Source of the DNA: Candidatus Bathyarchaeota archaeon | Lineage (GTDB): Archaea; Thermoproteota; Bathyarchaeia; 40CM-2-53-6; CALIRQ01 | Length of the DNA stretch: 41,827 bases | Direction of reading: 5' to 3' | Assembly: GCA_028275385.1 (NCBI GenBank) | Contig: JAPWUR010000002.1 | Span: 1 to 41,827, forward strand | In this document: piece after piece, positions 32,294 to 41,778 of the stretch | How positions within the stretch are numbered: the stretch's first letter is position 1 | How the letters are laid out: each line of letters starts with the position of its first letter | Made by a program: the position numbers and the translations under genes | The notes under the pieces: generated by a model | The model's input: the letters and a program-made list of their open reading frames with translations, nothing else | Told to the model about the DNA's origin: nothing | Database searches by the model: none

Positions 32294-32313
32294 GGTCCCC
32301 GATCAGCCCTCCC

Positions 32314-33579
32314 TCACTTTGGCTTGCGCATGACGCCTTCGTATATCCTCGCGGTTTGCTCGACGGCGGACCTCCAAGTGAAATATCTCAGGACCCTCCT
32401 CCTCCCGTTCTTCCCCCAAACCCTCGCCCTCTCGGGATCCCTCAGGACCTCCTTTACGCCCCAAGCTATATCGGCCGGGTCATGGCCGTTAACGTGGATG
32501 CCCGTTTGCTCTTGGCCGGAGGGCACGACCTGCTCCCTGAAGCCCACGACCCCCCTCGCGCCCACCACCAATGGCTTCTCCATGGCCATCGCCTCCAAGC
32601 TCACTATCCCGAATGGCTCGTATATGGATGGGAAGACGCATAGATCGGACGCCGCGTAATGAAGTATTCGCTCGTCCTCCAGGACGTATTCGAACCTATA
32701 GATCACCTTGCCCCTCAACCCCAAGCGCTCAACGAGCTCCATGACGTCCGCTTGCTCCTCCCCCCTCCCCAGGATGACGAGCTTCGTATTTGGGAACTCC
32801 GATAGGATCATGGGCATGGCCTGTATTAGGTTCCTGACCCCCTTCACCCAGGTCAGCCTGCCTATGAATAGGATCATCCGCTCCCCCTCCCCTATCCCGT
32901 ATTTCTCCCTCAAGTTCCGGACCGCGCCCTCCGGAACCTTCTCCGGGTCATAGACCTCCGGATCCACCCCGTTCCATACGACGTGTATCTTCCCTTCATC
33001 CCATCCGTGCCTCGTCAAATCGTCCTTCATCGCGTGGCTCACTGTTATGATCGCGTCGGCCGCGCGCGCCATCTCGTCCTCCAATTGGGATATCACCCTC
33101 GATCCCCCATCGCCGCTCCTCCCCCATTCGACCGAATGGACGTGGAACACCACCGGCAAATCCAGCTCGTTCTTTATGATCAGCCCGGACATGGCGCTGA
33201 GCCAATCGTGAACGCAGGCCACGTCGTATCTCCTACCCTCGCGCCTCACGCATAAGTTGATGAATTTGGCGGAGGATAGCACGTTATGGACCAGGACGTC
33301 GCTGAACATCTTTATATTGGTCCCCCATCTCCTGAGGTCCTCGGTGACGAAGACCGGGAGTATGTTCGAAGCGTTTATCAAAAGGGGCCTGTGGACCTCG
33401 ATCCCCCACATGACCTCCCTGGTCCTGAGGTCCCCCCTCCCGAGCGTGAATACGGATACCCCATGCCCGAGCTCCGCCAAGCCCTTCGTCATATAGGAGG
33501 CGTAGGTCCCCAGGCCGCCGACCAGGAATGGGGGATATTCCCAACTGAAGAAGGCTATGTTCATCGCGATGGCCCTCAA
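32314..33579 (-). CDS. GT-B glycosyltransferase (GT4/GT5, glycogen-synthase-like paralog)
   Basis: IAFFSWEYPPFLVGGLGTYASYMTKGLAELGHGVSVFT N-terminus and FPSIYEPFGIVSLEAMAMEKPLVV C-terminal motif. The start may be Met6 (33564). Confidence 0.8.
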   Translation of the reverse strand: MRAIAMNIAFFSWEYPPFLVGGLGTYASYMTKGLAELGHGVSVFTLGRGDLRTREVMWGIEVHRPLLINASNILPVFVTEDLRRWGTNIKMFSDVLVHNVLSSAKFINLCVRREGRRYDVACVHDWLSAMSGLIIKNELDLPVVFHVHSVEWGRSGDGGSRVISQLEDEMARAADAIITVSHAMKDDLTRHGWDEGKIHVVWNGVDPEVYDPEKVPEGAVRNLREKYGIGEGERMILFIGRLTWVKGVRNLIQAMPMILSEFPNTKLVILGRGEEQADVMELVERLGLRGKVIYRFEYVLEDERILHYAASDLCVFPSIYEPFGIVSLEAMAMEKPLVVGARGVVGFREQVVPSGQEQTGIHVNGHDPADIAWGVKEVLRDPERARVWGKNGRRRVLRYFTWRSAVEQTARIYEGVMRKPK

Positions 33580-33713
33580 CCAAAGGGCTTGCGGGCCCTG
33601 CGCTCTTAACCCTTGCGGTCCCTTCGAGAGCGCATCGATGGCGAGGGTCTTCGCGGGATTTCGATAGGTTTATTGGGAGGGCCTCGGAATTACATCAAAA
33701 GGCGAGGGCCATT

Positions 33714-34067
33714 TTGGGAAGGAAAGGCGTCCTATCGGATGTCCCAGCCGATAAGGCCTTCTATTTCAATACGGATGTGGGCGTTTACACCGGTAAGTTC
33801 GCGACTAATCTAGCGAGCTTCCGAGACGCCCTGAGGGATGTGGATGTGCGATCCATAGAGTTCCACATGAGGAGGGGGGATTTCGAGAAATGGATAGAGT
33901 TCCTCGGGGATCACGCGCTCGCGAGGGAGATCGCGAAGCTCAGGGGCCTGAGGGGCGAGGAGTTGCGCGAAGGGCTCATAAAAGCGATCGATGGGAGCAT
34001 GGGAAGGCGGGGGCGATCGCGCCCCGGAAAGGGGCGGGGGAGGGCGGCCCCCCGCGATACCCCCTAG
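33714..34067 (+). CDS. free-standing uncharacterised domain protein (possibly DUF5752), paralogous to the GH57 C-terminus
   Basis: 117 aa, TTG start. DKAFYFNT..GVYTGKFATNLASFRDAL...SIEFHMRRGDFEKWIEFLGDHALAREI aligns with residues of about 410-500 of the GH57 protein. The stop overlaps the GDE stop by 4 nt. Confidence 0.6.
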   Translation: MGRKGVLSDVPADKAFYFNTDVGVYTGKFATNLASFRDALRDVDVRSIEFHMRRGDFEKWIEFLGDHALAREIAKLRGLRGEELREGLIKAIDGSMGRRGRSRPGKGRGRAAPRDTP

Positions 34068-36046
34068 GCCCTGGACCCCGCCCCCAGTAGCCCCGGCAAT
34101 CGCTCCAAGAATGGATCGCACCAGTGGCTCCAATACTGGGCCGGATTTTTGACGGGGACTGGATTGCTCGACTCGGGGCCGGCCGAGGGGTTCCCCCCGA
34201 TCGGCAGGCTGAAGAGCTCGTTGCAATACCCGATGGCGCCCTCCGAGACCATATGGTCCAGGTTGTTCAGGAGCAGGCCGATGACGTCCTCCCCGACCGC
34301 CTCCATCAATTCCAGGAGATACGGCGTATCCCTGGGCCAAATGGTTGGGCCATGGTATTCGCGATCGCCGAGGTAGGGCACCGGCCCCGCCTCCCTGGCC
34401 AATATCCCGAATGGGAATCGGCCATCGCCCAGCGCTACGAGGCGCCGGTGCACGAGCAACCTCCTGGAAACCTCCCCCCAAATATTCGCGATGGCGCCCC
34501 CGGATAGGCGCCCCCGAAGCGCCGATGCCGCCACCACCGCCGGGGAGCCGAAGGTGCGGTCCACGAGCCCATGGGGTGGCGAAATCGCCAACGGGGGGGT
34601 TCCGTGGGCCTTGAAGAAGGCGTCGGATCCATCCCCCAATATCCCCAACAATTCCCCGATCGCCCGGGGGGCCCTAACCCCGAATCGCTCCGATGCCGCC
34701 GCGAGGCCCTCGAGCGCCTCGATGTAAAGTGCGTTGACTTCCACCAGGCCGTATTCCATGGAGAAGGGATCGATCCCCTCATCGGCCCAAGCCATCGGGA
34801 GCCTCGCGGGCCAGGGGCGCCCCTCGATATCCACGACGCTATCGATCCAGGAGGAATCGGCGGGGCAGCATAGGATCGAATCCAAGAGGGCGGTATCGGA
34901 GATAGCCCTCCCCTCCAGGAGCTCCTCGGCGACGAGGGATGCGGACTCGATCCCCTTGAGCAGGAGCCCGCGATCCCCGAGGGCATCGGCCGTCCTCCAA
35001 ACGACGTTGAGGAGCTGAGGAACCGCATCGCTCGCGAACTTCTTGGCGCCCATCACGATCGGGAGCCCCCGGAGGGATCTGAGCGCGTCGAGGAGGCGAT
35101 CCAAGAGGGAGGCGACCCTATCCCCCCAGCCGAGGAATTGGTAGGCCCCGAGGTTCCACCTCAGCCCCTCGAGCGCATCCCTAACCCAGGGCCTCCTGAA
35201 CCACCAAGCGCCCGCCTCGGGGAACCAGCCCCCATCCAGGTGCATGGAGAATGAGGCGAGGTTCCTCAGGCGGAGGGCGAGGGCCTCGGCCACCGGGCCC
35301 TCGCCGAACCTCGCGCCCTCGATGCCCGCGCGCGGGGCCCAATCGCCCCGGGCCCCATTGGGAATCGGCACCCTTATCCTCAGCGATCCCCCTTTCGAGA
35401 AAAGCAGGAACGGTATCGAGACGGTGCGCGAATCCCCGACGAATTTGACGGCCCCGGAATCCATCCTGCGGAACCCATCCCCGAGCTTATACCGCCATTG
35501 GAGCCTCATGCCCGATGGCTCGGCCATATCGAAGCCCTCAACGATCATCCGGAACGGCGCGTTTGATGGCTTGATCACGAGGCGTTCGGGCCCCGGCTCC
35601 GCCTCGTAAAGGCCCTCGCCCCGATCCTCGGCGGGCCTCGGATCCGCGAGCACCGCGAACCAGCAGGGCCTCCCGACCGATGCCCCCAGGGCGACCTCGC
35701 CGATGGAGCCGTTCAAGGAGATCCTATGGGAAACTTCGAGGGCATCGCAATGATACCTATATTCGCATTCGCCGGGCCCGATTAGGACTTCCCTCGCCCT
35801 CAGCTCGAGACCAGGGATCGAGAAATATATCGCGTCTATGGCCTTGTATATAACCCCATTTATAGGCCCGATCAATAGCCCTTGCCATTGTGAATCCCTG
35901 TTGCCGCCGTAGAAGCGCCTCCCCCCGATCTCAATGGGGGCCGTGAATGTCGATGCTGAGAACTCGGCCATCGGGGATTTCAGGAGCACTTGCTTGTTTC
36001 GCGCGTAATCCCAATCCGGGTTCTCGGAGGGCTCGATCCTCCACAT
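34064..36046 (-). CDS. amylo-alpha-1,6-glucosidase / glycogen debranching enzyme family (GDE_C type)
   Basis: Large (alpha/alpha)6-type C-terminal region with GPTIWPRDTPYLLE. The track ORF (start 36247) overlaps the glgA-like 3' end. Met68 (MWRIEPSENPDW, about 36046) is preferred. Confidence 0.8.
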   Translation of the reverse strand: MWRIEPSENPDWDYARNKQVLLKSPMAEFSASTFTAPIEIGGRRFYGGNRDSQWQGLLIGPINGVIYKAIDAIYFSIPGLELRAREVLIGPGECEYRYHCDALEVSHRISLNGSIGEVALGASVGRPCWFAVLADPRPAEDRGEGLYEAEPGPERLVIKPSNAPFRMIVEGFDMAEPSGMRLQWRYKLGDGFRRMDSGAVKFVGDSRTVSIPFLLFSKGGSLRIRVPIPNGARGDWAPRAGIEGARFGEGPVAEALALRLRNLASFSMHLDGGWFPEAGAWWFRRPWVRDALEGLRWNLGAYQFLGWGDRVASLLDRLLDALRSLRGLPIVMGAKKFASDAVPQLLNVVWRTADALGDRGLLLKGIESASLVAEELLEGRAISDTALLDSILCCPADSSWIDSVVDIEGRPWPARLPMAWADEGIDPFSMEYGLVEVNALYIEALEGLAAASERFGVRAPRAIGELLGILGDGSDAFFKAHGTPPLAISPPHGLVDRTFGSPAVVAASALRGRLSGGAIANIWGEVSRRLLVHRRLVALGDGRFPFGILAREAGPVPYLGDREYHGPTIWPRDTPYLLELMEAVGEDVIGLLLNNLDHMVSEGAIGYCNELFSLPIGGNPSAGPESSNPVPVKNPAQYWSHWCDPFLERLPGLLGAGSRA

Positions 36047-36105
36047 AGCCCCCTTGAGGCCCCCCTCATTTGGAGCGCCCGCGCGCGGGCCGGGCCTGGA
36101 TCGGG

Positions 36106-37278
36106 TCAGCGCCCCAGGGCTTTTGAATAAACGCCCTCCATCCTCCTCGCGACGTTCTCCCAAGTGAAATCCCTCACCCTCCTCTCCCCCTCCTTGGATA
36201 TTCTCTCCATGACCCCCGGCGAGTTCAGGAGGTAATTTATCCCCCAAGCCACCGAATCCGGGTTCGCGTAGACCTTCACCCCATTTGAGAAGTTATCTAT
36301 GTTCTCCCCGAACCCGCCAACGTCGGTCGCGACCACAGGCCTCCCGGCCGCCCAAGCCTCCAACAGGGTCATCCCGAATGGCTCGTTCCTGCTTGGGAGG
36401 CAGACTATATCGGAGGAATTGAGGAGCTCCAAATATTGGAGGTGGGGGACGAACCCCAAGAAGCGCACGGCATGCCCCACGCCCAGCTCGCCCGCCCTGC
36501 CCTCCAAGTAGCCCCTCATGCTCCCGCTCCCCACGAATACGAATTTCGCATCCCATCGATCCCTTAGGATCCTCGGGACCGCCTCCAATAGGAGGTCGGG
36601 CCCCTTTTGATATTCCATCCTCCCCACGAAAAGTATCATCGGGGCCAGCGGATGTATCCCATACCTCTCCTTGATCCTCCCGGGGTCCACGCTCAACTTG
36701 AACCTACTGGGATCGATCCCGTTCGGTATCACGTCGATCTTATCGAATGGGATCTTGTAGAGCCAATTTAGCTCATCCCTCATGCAATTGGAAACCGTCG
36801 TGACCCTGTTGGCTATGTATCCCCCATACCACTCCTTCCCGGAGATCTCCTTGAATTCCCACCAATCCCCGAAGACCCCCCCGTTCCGGCCGTATTCAGT
36901 GGAATGATACGTCAGGACTATCGGGCGCCCATCCCCCTTCAATTCGTGCAGGGCGTCCACGACCAACCAATCGTGCCCATGCACGACGTCGAACTCGCCC
37001 GCGTATCGCTCAACGGAGCGGACGTTTTCCACGATGGCCCTCGACATATCGTGCGCGAGCGCCAATACGTTCGGTCCCCAATCCAAGTGGCATGTATAAT
37101 AATGGACCGAGTTTATATGCATGTAATGGGGCTGGCCTCGGGCCCCCCTCGTGAAGAGGTGGACCTCATGGCCGGCCTTGGCCAAGCCCTCCGCGAGCCC
37201 GCTCACCGCGGCGGCGAGCCCGCCGACCTGGATCGTATAGGAGGATTCCCAGGACAATAGGGCTATCCTCAGCCCCAA
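36106..37278 (-). CDS. glgA: glycogen synthase-like GT-B glycosyltransferase
   Basis: IALLSWESSYTIQVGGLAAAVSGLAEGLAKAGHEVHLFT and LPSRNEPFGMTLLEAWAAGRPVVAT. The TTG start overlaps the GH57 stop by 10 nt. Confidence 0.8.
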   Translation of the reverse strand: MGLRIALLSWESSYTIQVGGLAAAVSGLAEGLAKAGHEVHLFTRGARGQPHYMHINSVHYYTCHLDWGPNVLALAHDMSRAIVENVRSVERYAGEFDVVHGHDWLVVDALHELKGDGRPIVLTYHSTEYGRNGGVFGDWWEFKEISGKEWYGGYIANRVTTVSNCMRDELNWLYKIPFDKIDVIPNGIDPSRFKLSVDPGRIKERYGIHPLAPMILFVGRMEYQKGPDLLLEAVPRILRDRWDAKFVFVGSGSMRGYLEGRAGELGVGHAVRFLGFVPHLQYLELLNSSDIVCLPSRNEPFGMTLLEAWAAGRPVVATDVGGFGENIDNFSNGVKVYANPDSVAWGINYLLNSPGVMERISKEGERRVRDFTWENVARRMEGVYSKALGR

Positions 37279-38822
37279 CCAAAGCCCCCCCGGGCCCTCA
37301 GCTCCGATACCCTCCTCCTCACGGCCTCGCGAAGGGCCGCCCTCAGCTCCCCGATCCCCCCAAGGCGCATTCCGCCGACCTCATCCGCCAGATCGGCATC
37401 GCCTATCGTATGCCTGATCCATCTCTCGAAATCGCCCCGCGCCATGTGGAACCCTATGGATCCATCCGAGGCCAATAGGATGGCGTCTCCGAACTCCTCC
37501 AACGAGTGGGCGGAGAGGCCCGCATAGGCCCCGCCCTCGTGGAAGTGGAAGGCCCGATCCGGCGGGACCACGCGCAGGAAAAGCGATGAGGACCTCGCCG
37601 GCTCCGGGAGGGCCTCGGCGATCCTCTCGTTTAGATCCGATAGGATCCTCATGAGCGCCCAAAAGGCCGCCGCGGGGGGTTGCGAGCTGAAGTATTCATG
37701 AACCGAGCGGGATGGGCGCGGCTGCGTATACATATAATAGAGCAGATCGCTCGCCTGCAGGAGCCTCCAAATCTTTATGAGGGATTCGTTGCGGGATCCC
37801 TTGACCGGGGCCTCCATCCCCTTCAGGGCGCGATAGCAGGTCCTTTGCATATCGTTTCCGAGCCAAGCGCTCGTGGATCGCTCCTCATCCGCCCATGAAA
37901 CCGTTTCGAAATCCCCCACGCTTATCACCCCGACCGGGGAATGGGACGATATCAGCTCGGACGGCGTTTTGAATGCGAGGTTCTCGCGCTTCAAGACCTC
38001 GATCGGCAGCCACCTGAAGAACTCCATGATGCCCGTTTCCGGCCATTGATGCTCGCCGAACGTTTCATAATCGATGAATATGTTTATGCAATCCCCGGGG
38101 GTGGCCGATAGCCAAGCCGCGTATTTATCCGCGGTCAGGGGCCAGCCCGGCCAATCCCTGTTGGAGAACCTAAAGGCTATGTCGTCCGATAACCTATAAT
38201 TCCTCAATAGCACGACGATCCCGGCGCCATCGGCCCTGTAGAGGTGATTCGGGGACCTCCATCCCAAGATGCGCTCGGCCCCTTCCGTGAATACCCCCGA
38301 GTAGCCCAGCGCCTCCAAGGTCCTCGCGATCGAGTTATTGTATAGGAACTCCGTGTTCTCGAATACGATGGGCTCTTGGCCAAAGCAATCCCTCATCAGG
38401 GCCCTGTGGAGCTCGACCTGTTCGATGAACTCCGCCCTATCCGAGGAGAAAAGGCTGGAGAGGGAATGATAATAGGTTTGATCGAGGAGCTCGACGCATC
38501 CGCTCCGGGCCAGATCCCTGAAGGATTCGAGGGCCTCCGGAGCCCAGCGCTCCAATTGCTCGACCAGGATCCCGGAGAGGCTGAAGCAAACCTTGAACTT
38601 CTTCCCATCCCCCTTGAATCGATCTATATTCTCCAGGATTATCTCATTCGCCGGCAAGTAGCACTTCCTGGCGACCCTTTCCAAAATCGCCCTGTTCCAG
38701 CAATTATCGAAGTAGATATCGAATAGCTCCTCCGGCCTTTTGCCCTCGCCGAGCTCCTTCCGGAAATCCCTATTGATCCTTAGGGGTTGATGCACCTCGA
38801 AGCCGAGGCATATATCCGGCAT
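37269..38822 (-). CDS. GH57-family alpha-glucan-active enzyme with a C-terminal extra domain
   Basis: N-terminus ICLGFEVHQPLR and overall GH57-like organisation. The C-terminal roughly 100 aa (about 37272-37580) are homologous to ORF 33714..34067. Confidence 0.8.
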   Translation of the reverse strand: MPDICLGFEVHQPLRINRDFRKELGEGKRPEELFDIYFDNCWNRAILERVARKCYLPANEIILENIDRFKGDGKKFKVCFSLSGILVEQLERWAPEALESFRDLARSGCVELLDQTYYHSLSSLFSSDRAEFIEQVELHRALMRDCFGQEPIVFENTEFLYNNSIARTLEALGYSGVFTEGAERILGWRSPNHLYRADGAGIVVLLRNYRLSDDIAFRFSNRDWPGWPLTADKYAAWLSATPGDCINIFIDYETFGEHQWPETGIMEFFRWLPIEVLKRENLAFKTPSELISSHSPVGVISVGDFETVSWADEERSTSAWLGNDMQRTCYRALKGMEAPVKGSRNESLIKIWRLLQASDLLYYMYTQPRPSRSVHEYFSSQPPAAAFWALMRILSDLNERIAEALPEPARSSSLFLRVVPPDRAFHFHEGGAYAGLSAHSLEEFGDAILLASDGSIGFHMARGDFERWIRHTIGDADLADEVGGMRLGGIGELRAALREAVRRRVSELRARGGFGWG

Positions 38823-38890
38823 GGGATCAACCCGCGGGGATTCCCCGAAAGGCCTCCCGCCCCCCGATCCTTAGGGGGCCCATCGATCGG

Positions 38891-40159
38891 CTATGGCGCG
38901 GAATCGACCTCACCCTCGTAATCGAACTCCCTAAGCCTCAAATGGGGGCTCACCTTGGCCTTGAATAGGACGCACCCCGCATCGATCCATACGTTATCGC
39001 CCACGACCGATACCGAATGTATTCGCGTTGGTTTATCCCTTGAGGAGCTCACGGTGACGTGCCTCCCGATTATGCTCCTATCTATGCTCGCGTTCTCCCC
39101 TATCAGGACCCTATCCATGATCGCCGAATCCTCGATCACGGAACCCCTCCCGATCCTCGTATAGTTATCTATGCAGGAGTTCGATATCCTAACGCCCTCC
39201 TCTATTTGGCAATGCCTCCCGATCAAAACCGGCTCCTCGACCTCTATCTTCCCCTCCCTTATCATCTCCACTATCCTATTCCTCCTCGCCAGGGACTCCG
39301 GGCTCTGGCCTTGTATCCATATGCGCTTATCCGGGGAGATCCTGCCCTCGAAATCCTGGAGGCATTCCAAGCGCCCCGCCAATATATCGTACATCGCCTC
39401 CAAATATCGCTCGGGGGATCCGACATCGTACCAGCCCTTCTTGATTATGTAGCCGTAAACGCCGTATCCGGACTCTATCAAATGGGGTATGAAATCGTAG
39501 CCAAAATCCAAGCGCTCGCGCTTGGATACCTTATCCCTAACCCAATCGCCCCGCATGACCTCCCTTATCTCGGGGCTGAAGAGGTATAGGCCCGTATTGG
39601 CCAAGTTGGATGGGGCCTCATCCCTAGGCGGCTTCTCGACGAACCTATAGATCCTCATATCGCCGTCGATTTCCGCCACGCCATAGCCCTCCGTATCCTC
39701 GACCTCCTTGAGGCATATCGTGACGATCCCGCCCTTCCTTTCGTGAAACTCTAGCAGGCTTTTCAGATCTATATCGAATATATTGTCGCCCTGAACCCCG
39801 AAGACGGGATCCCTTATATCGTAATACTCCAGGACTATCCTGGCCGAGTCCGCGCTGCCGCAATCGTCCTCGTTGGGTTGATATTTTATATGGACCCTCG
39901 GGCTAAGGCCGTATTTGGCCGAGAAGCCGAGCCCGTCCTGGAAGTAATCGAATAGATCCCTGAAGTTCCTATAGCCCTTAACGCCGAATATGAAGTTCCT
40001 AACCCCTTGCCTCGCCAATCCCAGCATCGCTATCTCTATCAGCGGCATATTCACGAGCCTGACGCAAGCCTTCGAGGTCGTGGCCGTGAGCGGCATGAGC
40101 CTCTTGGCCACTCCCCCGACCGGTATTATCACCCTTAAATCCTCTGGCCTGCAGATCAT
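38891..40159 (-). CDS. sugar-1-phosphate nucleotidylyltransferase with C-terminal left-handed beta-helix
   Basis: IIPVGGVAKRLMPLT (GxGxRxxPLT-type motif). Hexapeptide-repeat-like C-terminus (IGRGSVIEDSAIMDRVLIGENASIDRSIIG). Confidence 0.85.
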   Translation of the reverse strand: MICRPEDLRVIIPVGGVAKRLMPLTATTSKACVRLVNMPLIEIAMLGLARQGVRNFIFGVKGYRNFRDLFDYFQDGLGFSAKYGLSPRVHIKYQPNEDDCGSADSARIVLEYYDIRDPVFGVQGDNIFDIDLKSLLEFHERKGGIVTICLKEVEDTEGYGVAEIDGDMRIYRFVEKPPRDEAPSNLANTGLYLFSPEIREVMRGDWVRDKVSKRERLDFGYDFIPHLIESGYGVYGYIIKKGWYDVGSPERYLEAMYDILAGRLECLQDFEGRISPDKRIWIQGQSPESLARRNRIVEMIREGKIEVEEPVLIGRHCQIEEGVRISNSCIDNYTRIGRGSVIEDSAIMDRVLIGENASIDRSIIGRHVTVSSSRDKPTRIHSVSVVGDNVWIDAGCVLFKAKVSPHLRLREFDYEGEVDSAP

Positions 40160-40200
40160 GGGGAGTATTGCGCCCCATGGGGCCTATTGCGGGATGGGCG

Positions 40201-40233
40201 CTTTAAAATTATCGATCGCCATCGTTTAAAAGG
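40201..40233. promoter_or_regulatory. pair of TATA-like boxes in the divergent region between the nucleotidyltransferase and galT-like genes
   Basis: ctttaaaatta (40201-40211, fits the minus-strand gene starting at 40159) and gtttaaaagg (40224-40233, fits the plus-strand gene). Confidence 0.35.
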
Positions 40234-40340
40234 CGAGCCCCCCATCCATCGGGGAGGAAGGGGCCGATGGAGGCGGGGGGCGCTCCCCGACCCCGATTGG
40301 GCTGGATCGCCCGATCGGGGATGGGGATCTGCGAGGGGGG

Positions 40341-41393
40341 ATGGCCTTGGGGCGCTTGATCCTCGAAAAGGAGATCCGCGAGGCGGAGATTTGCAATCCG
40401 GCATTGGGATTCGCCGCGGAGACCCAATCGATAGAATATCGGAGGGATCCGCTGACCGGCGCCCGATGCAGGATAAACGCAAAGCGAGCCAATAGGGTGA
40501 AGGAGGTCGCGAGCAAGGGGGCGGGGATCGAGGATTTGCCGAGGATCCCAAAGGAGGGCTGCGCGTTTTGCCCCGAGAACGTCGAGAGGATGACTCCCAA
40601 ATTCCCGGATGAATTGATAAAGGGGGGGAGGCTCAAGGTCGGATCCGCGATCGTCTTCCCGAACCTATACCCGTTCAGCAAATATCACGGCGTTGCTGTG
40701 TTCTCCGAAGCCCATGACGCGGGGCTGGGCGAGATATCCCCGGAGGGCATCCGGGATTGCGTGAGGGCTTGCGTGGAATTCCTATCGATTATAGGGGAAA
40801 GGGATCCAAGGGCCATATATGGGTCGATAAACTGGAATTACATGCCGCCGGCGGGGGCCAGCATAGTGCACCCCCATCTCCAAGTCATAGCAGACGCGAT
40901 CCCCACCAGGTTCCAAGAGGAGCTGATCCGATGCAGCGAGTCCTATTATGGGAGTCATGGGAGCAGCTATTGGGTGGATTTGATAGAGACTGAGAGGGCG
41001 CTCGGGGAGAGGATGATCCGCGAGGGCCCCTCCGTGGTTTGGCTCGCGAGCTATGCGCCGCGGGGGAACAACGAGGTCCTGGGGATATTGCCCGGGGCGT
41101 CCTCCATATCGGGAATCGATGACGCGGTCCTGATGGAGCTCTCCGATGGGCTCACGAGGATCCTCCGGGGATATCGCGATTTGGGCGCGAGGAGCTTCAA
41201 CATGAGCATCGTGCCCGGGCCCCTTGATCGGGAGCTGGAATATTACGCTTTGAACGTGAGGATCCTCTCGAGGCCGAACCCCGGCTCCCATTACACGAGC
41301 GATTGCGGATTCATGGAGAGGATCCATTTGGAGAGCGTCGTGGAGTCGATGCCCGAGGCGGTCGCGGAAAGGCTCAGGCGATATTTCGCATAA
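40341..41393 (+). CDS. galT: GalT-type HIT-superfamily hexose-1-phosphate nucleotidyltransferase / NDP-sugar phosphorylase
   Basis: RRDPLTGARCRI, CAFCPEN zinc motif, and active-site HPHLQVIA (HxHxQ). Confidence 0.75.
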   Translation: MALGRLILEKEIREAEICNPALGFAAETQSIEYRRDPLTGARCRINAKRANRVKEVASKGAGIEDLPRIPKEGCAFCPENVERMTPKFPDELIKGGRLKVGSAIVFPNLYPFSKYHGVAVFSEAHDAGLGEISPEGIRDCVRACVEFLSIIGERDPRAIYGSINWNYMPPAGASIVHPHLQVIADAIPTRFQEELIRCSESYYGSHGSSYWVDLIETERALGERMIREGPSVVWLASYAPRGNNEVLGILPGASSISGIDDAVLMELSDGLTRILRGYRDLGARSFNMSIVPGPLDRELEYYALNVRILSRPNPGSHYTSDCGFMERIHLESVVESMPEAVAERLRRYFA

Positions 41394-41432
41394 AAAGGGA
41401 GGGGCTGCCGAGCGCCGCCCCAGCGCCCGGGC

Positions 41433-41723
41433 TCACTTGGATAGGATTATCTCTATGGTGGAGACGTTCATCGGGGCGTTCGTCTCCTTGCTGACCAGCT
41501 GCTCCGTCCCTATCCTTACCTCCTTGACCTTCACATCGGGCATGAAGCGCTTCCTGACGACCTCGACCACGTCGACGGCCCTGTTTATGGCCCTGCCCCT
41601 CGCCTTGACGGAGACCTCCTGGGCCCCGCCCTGGAGGAGCGTTATGCAGGCCAGGACGTAGTTCATCACCGGCTTCCTGCCGACGAAGATCGCGTTCGAA
41701 CCAGCGGACAATCTGATCCGCAC
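41433..41723 (-). CDS. albA: Alba chromatin/RNA-binding protein
   Basis: [21 protein letters not shown]...[24 protein letters not shown] is canonical Alba. GTG start. Confidence 0.9.
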   Translation of the reverse strand: MRIRLSAGSNAIFVGRKPVMNYVLACITLLQGGAQEVSVKARGRAINRAVDVVEVVRKRFMPDVKVKEVRIGTEQLVSKETNAPMNVSTIEIILSK

Positions 41724-41768
41724 CTCGCTCGATCCATGGTATGGCGGGAGCGAATGGCCCCGGCCTCG

Positions 41769-41778
41769 GTATAAATGC
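41769..41778 (-). promoter_or_regulatory. TATA-like box for alba
   Basis: The minus strand reads gcatttatacc, about 46-55 nt upstream of the GTG at 41723. Confidence 0.4.

Noticed and set aside
36047-36247. 67-aa N-terminal extension of the debranching-enzyme ORF.
   Set aside because: It is Gly/Glu/Arg-rich and overlaps the 3' end of the glycogen-synthase-like gene. The conserved-looking sequence starts at MWRIEPS. My by-eye nucleotide indexing here disagreed with the ORF track by 1 nt, so I used the track frame.
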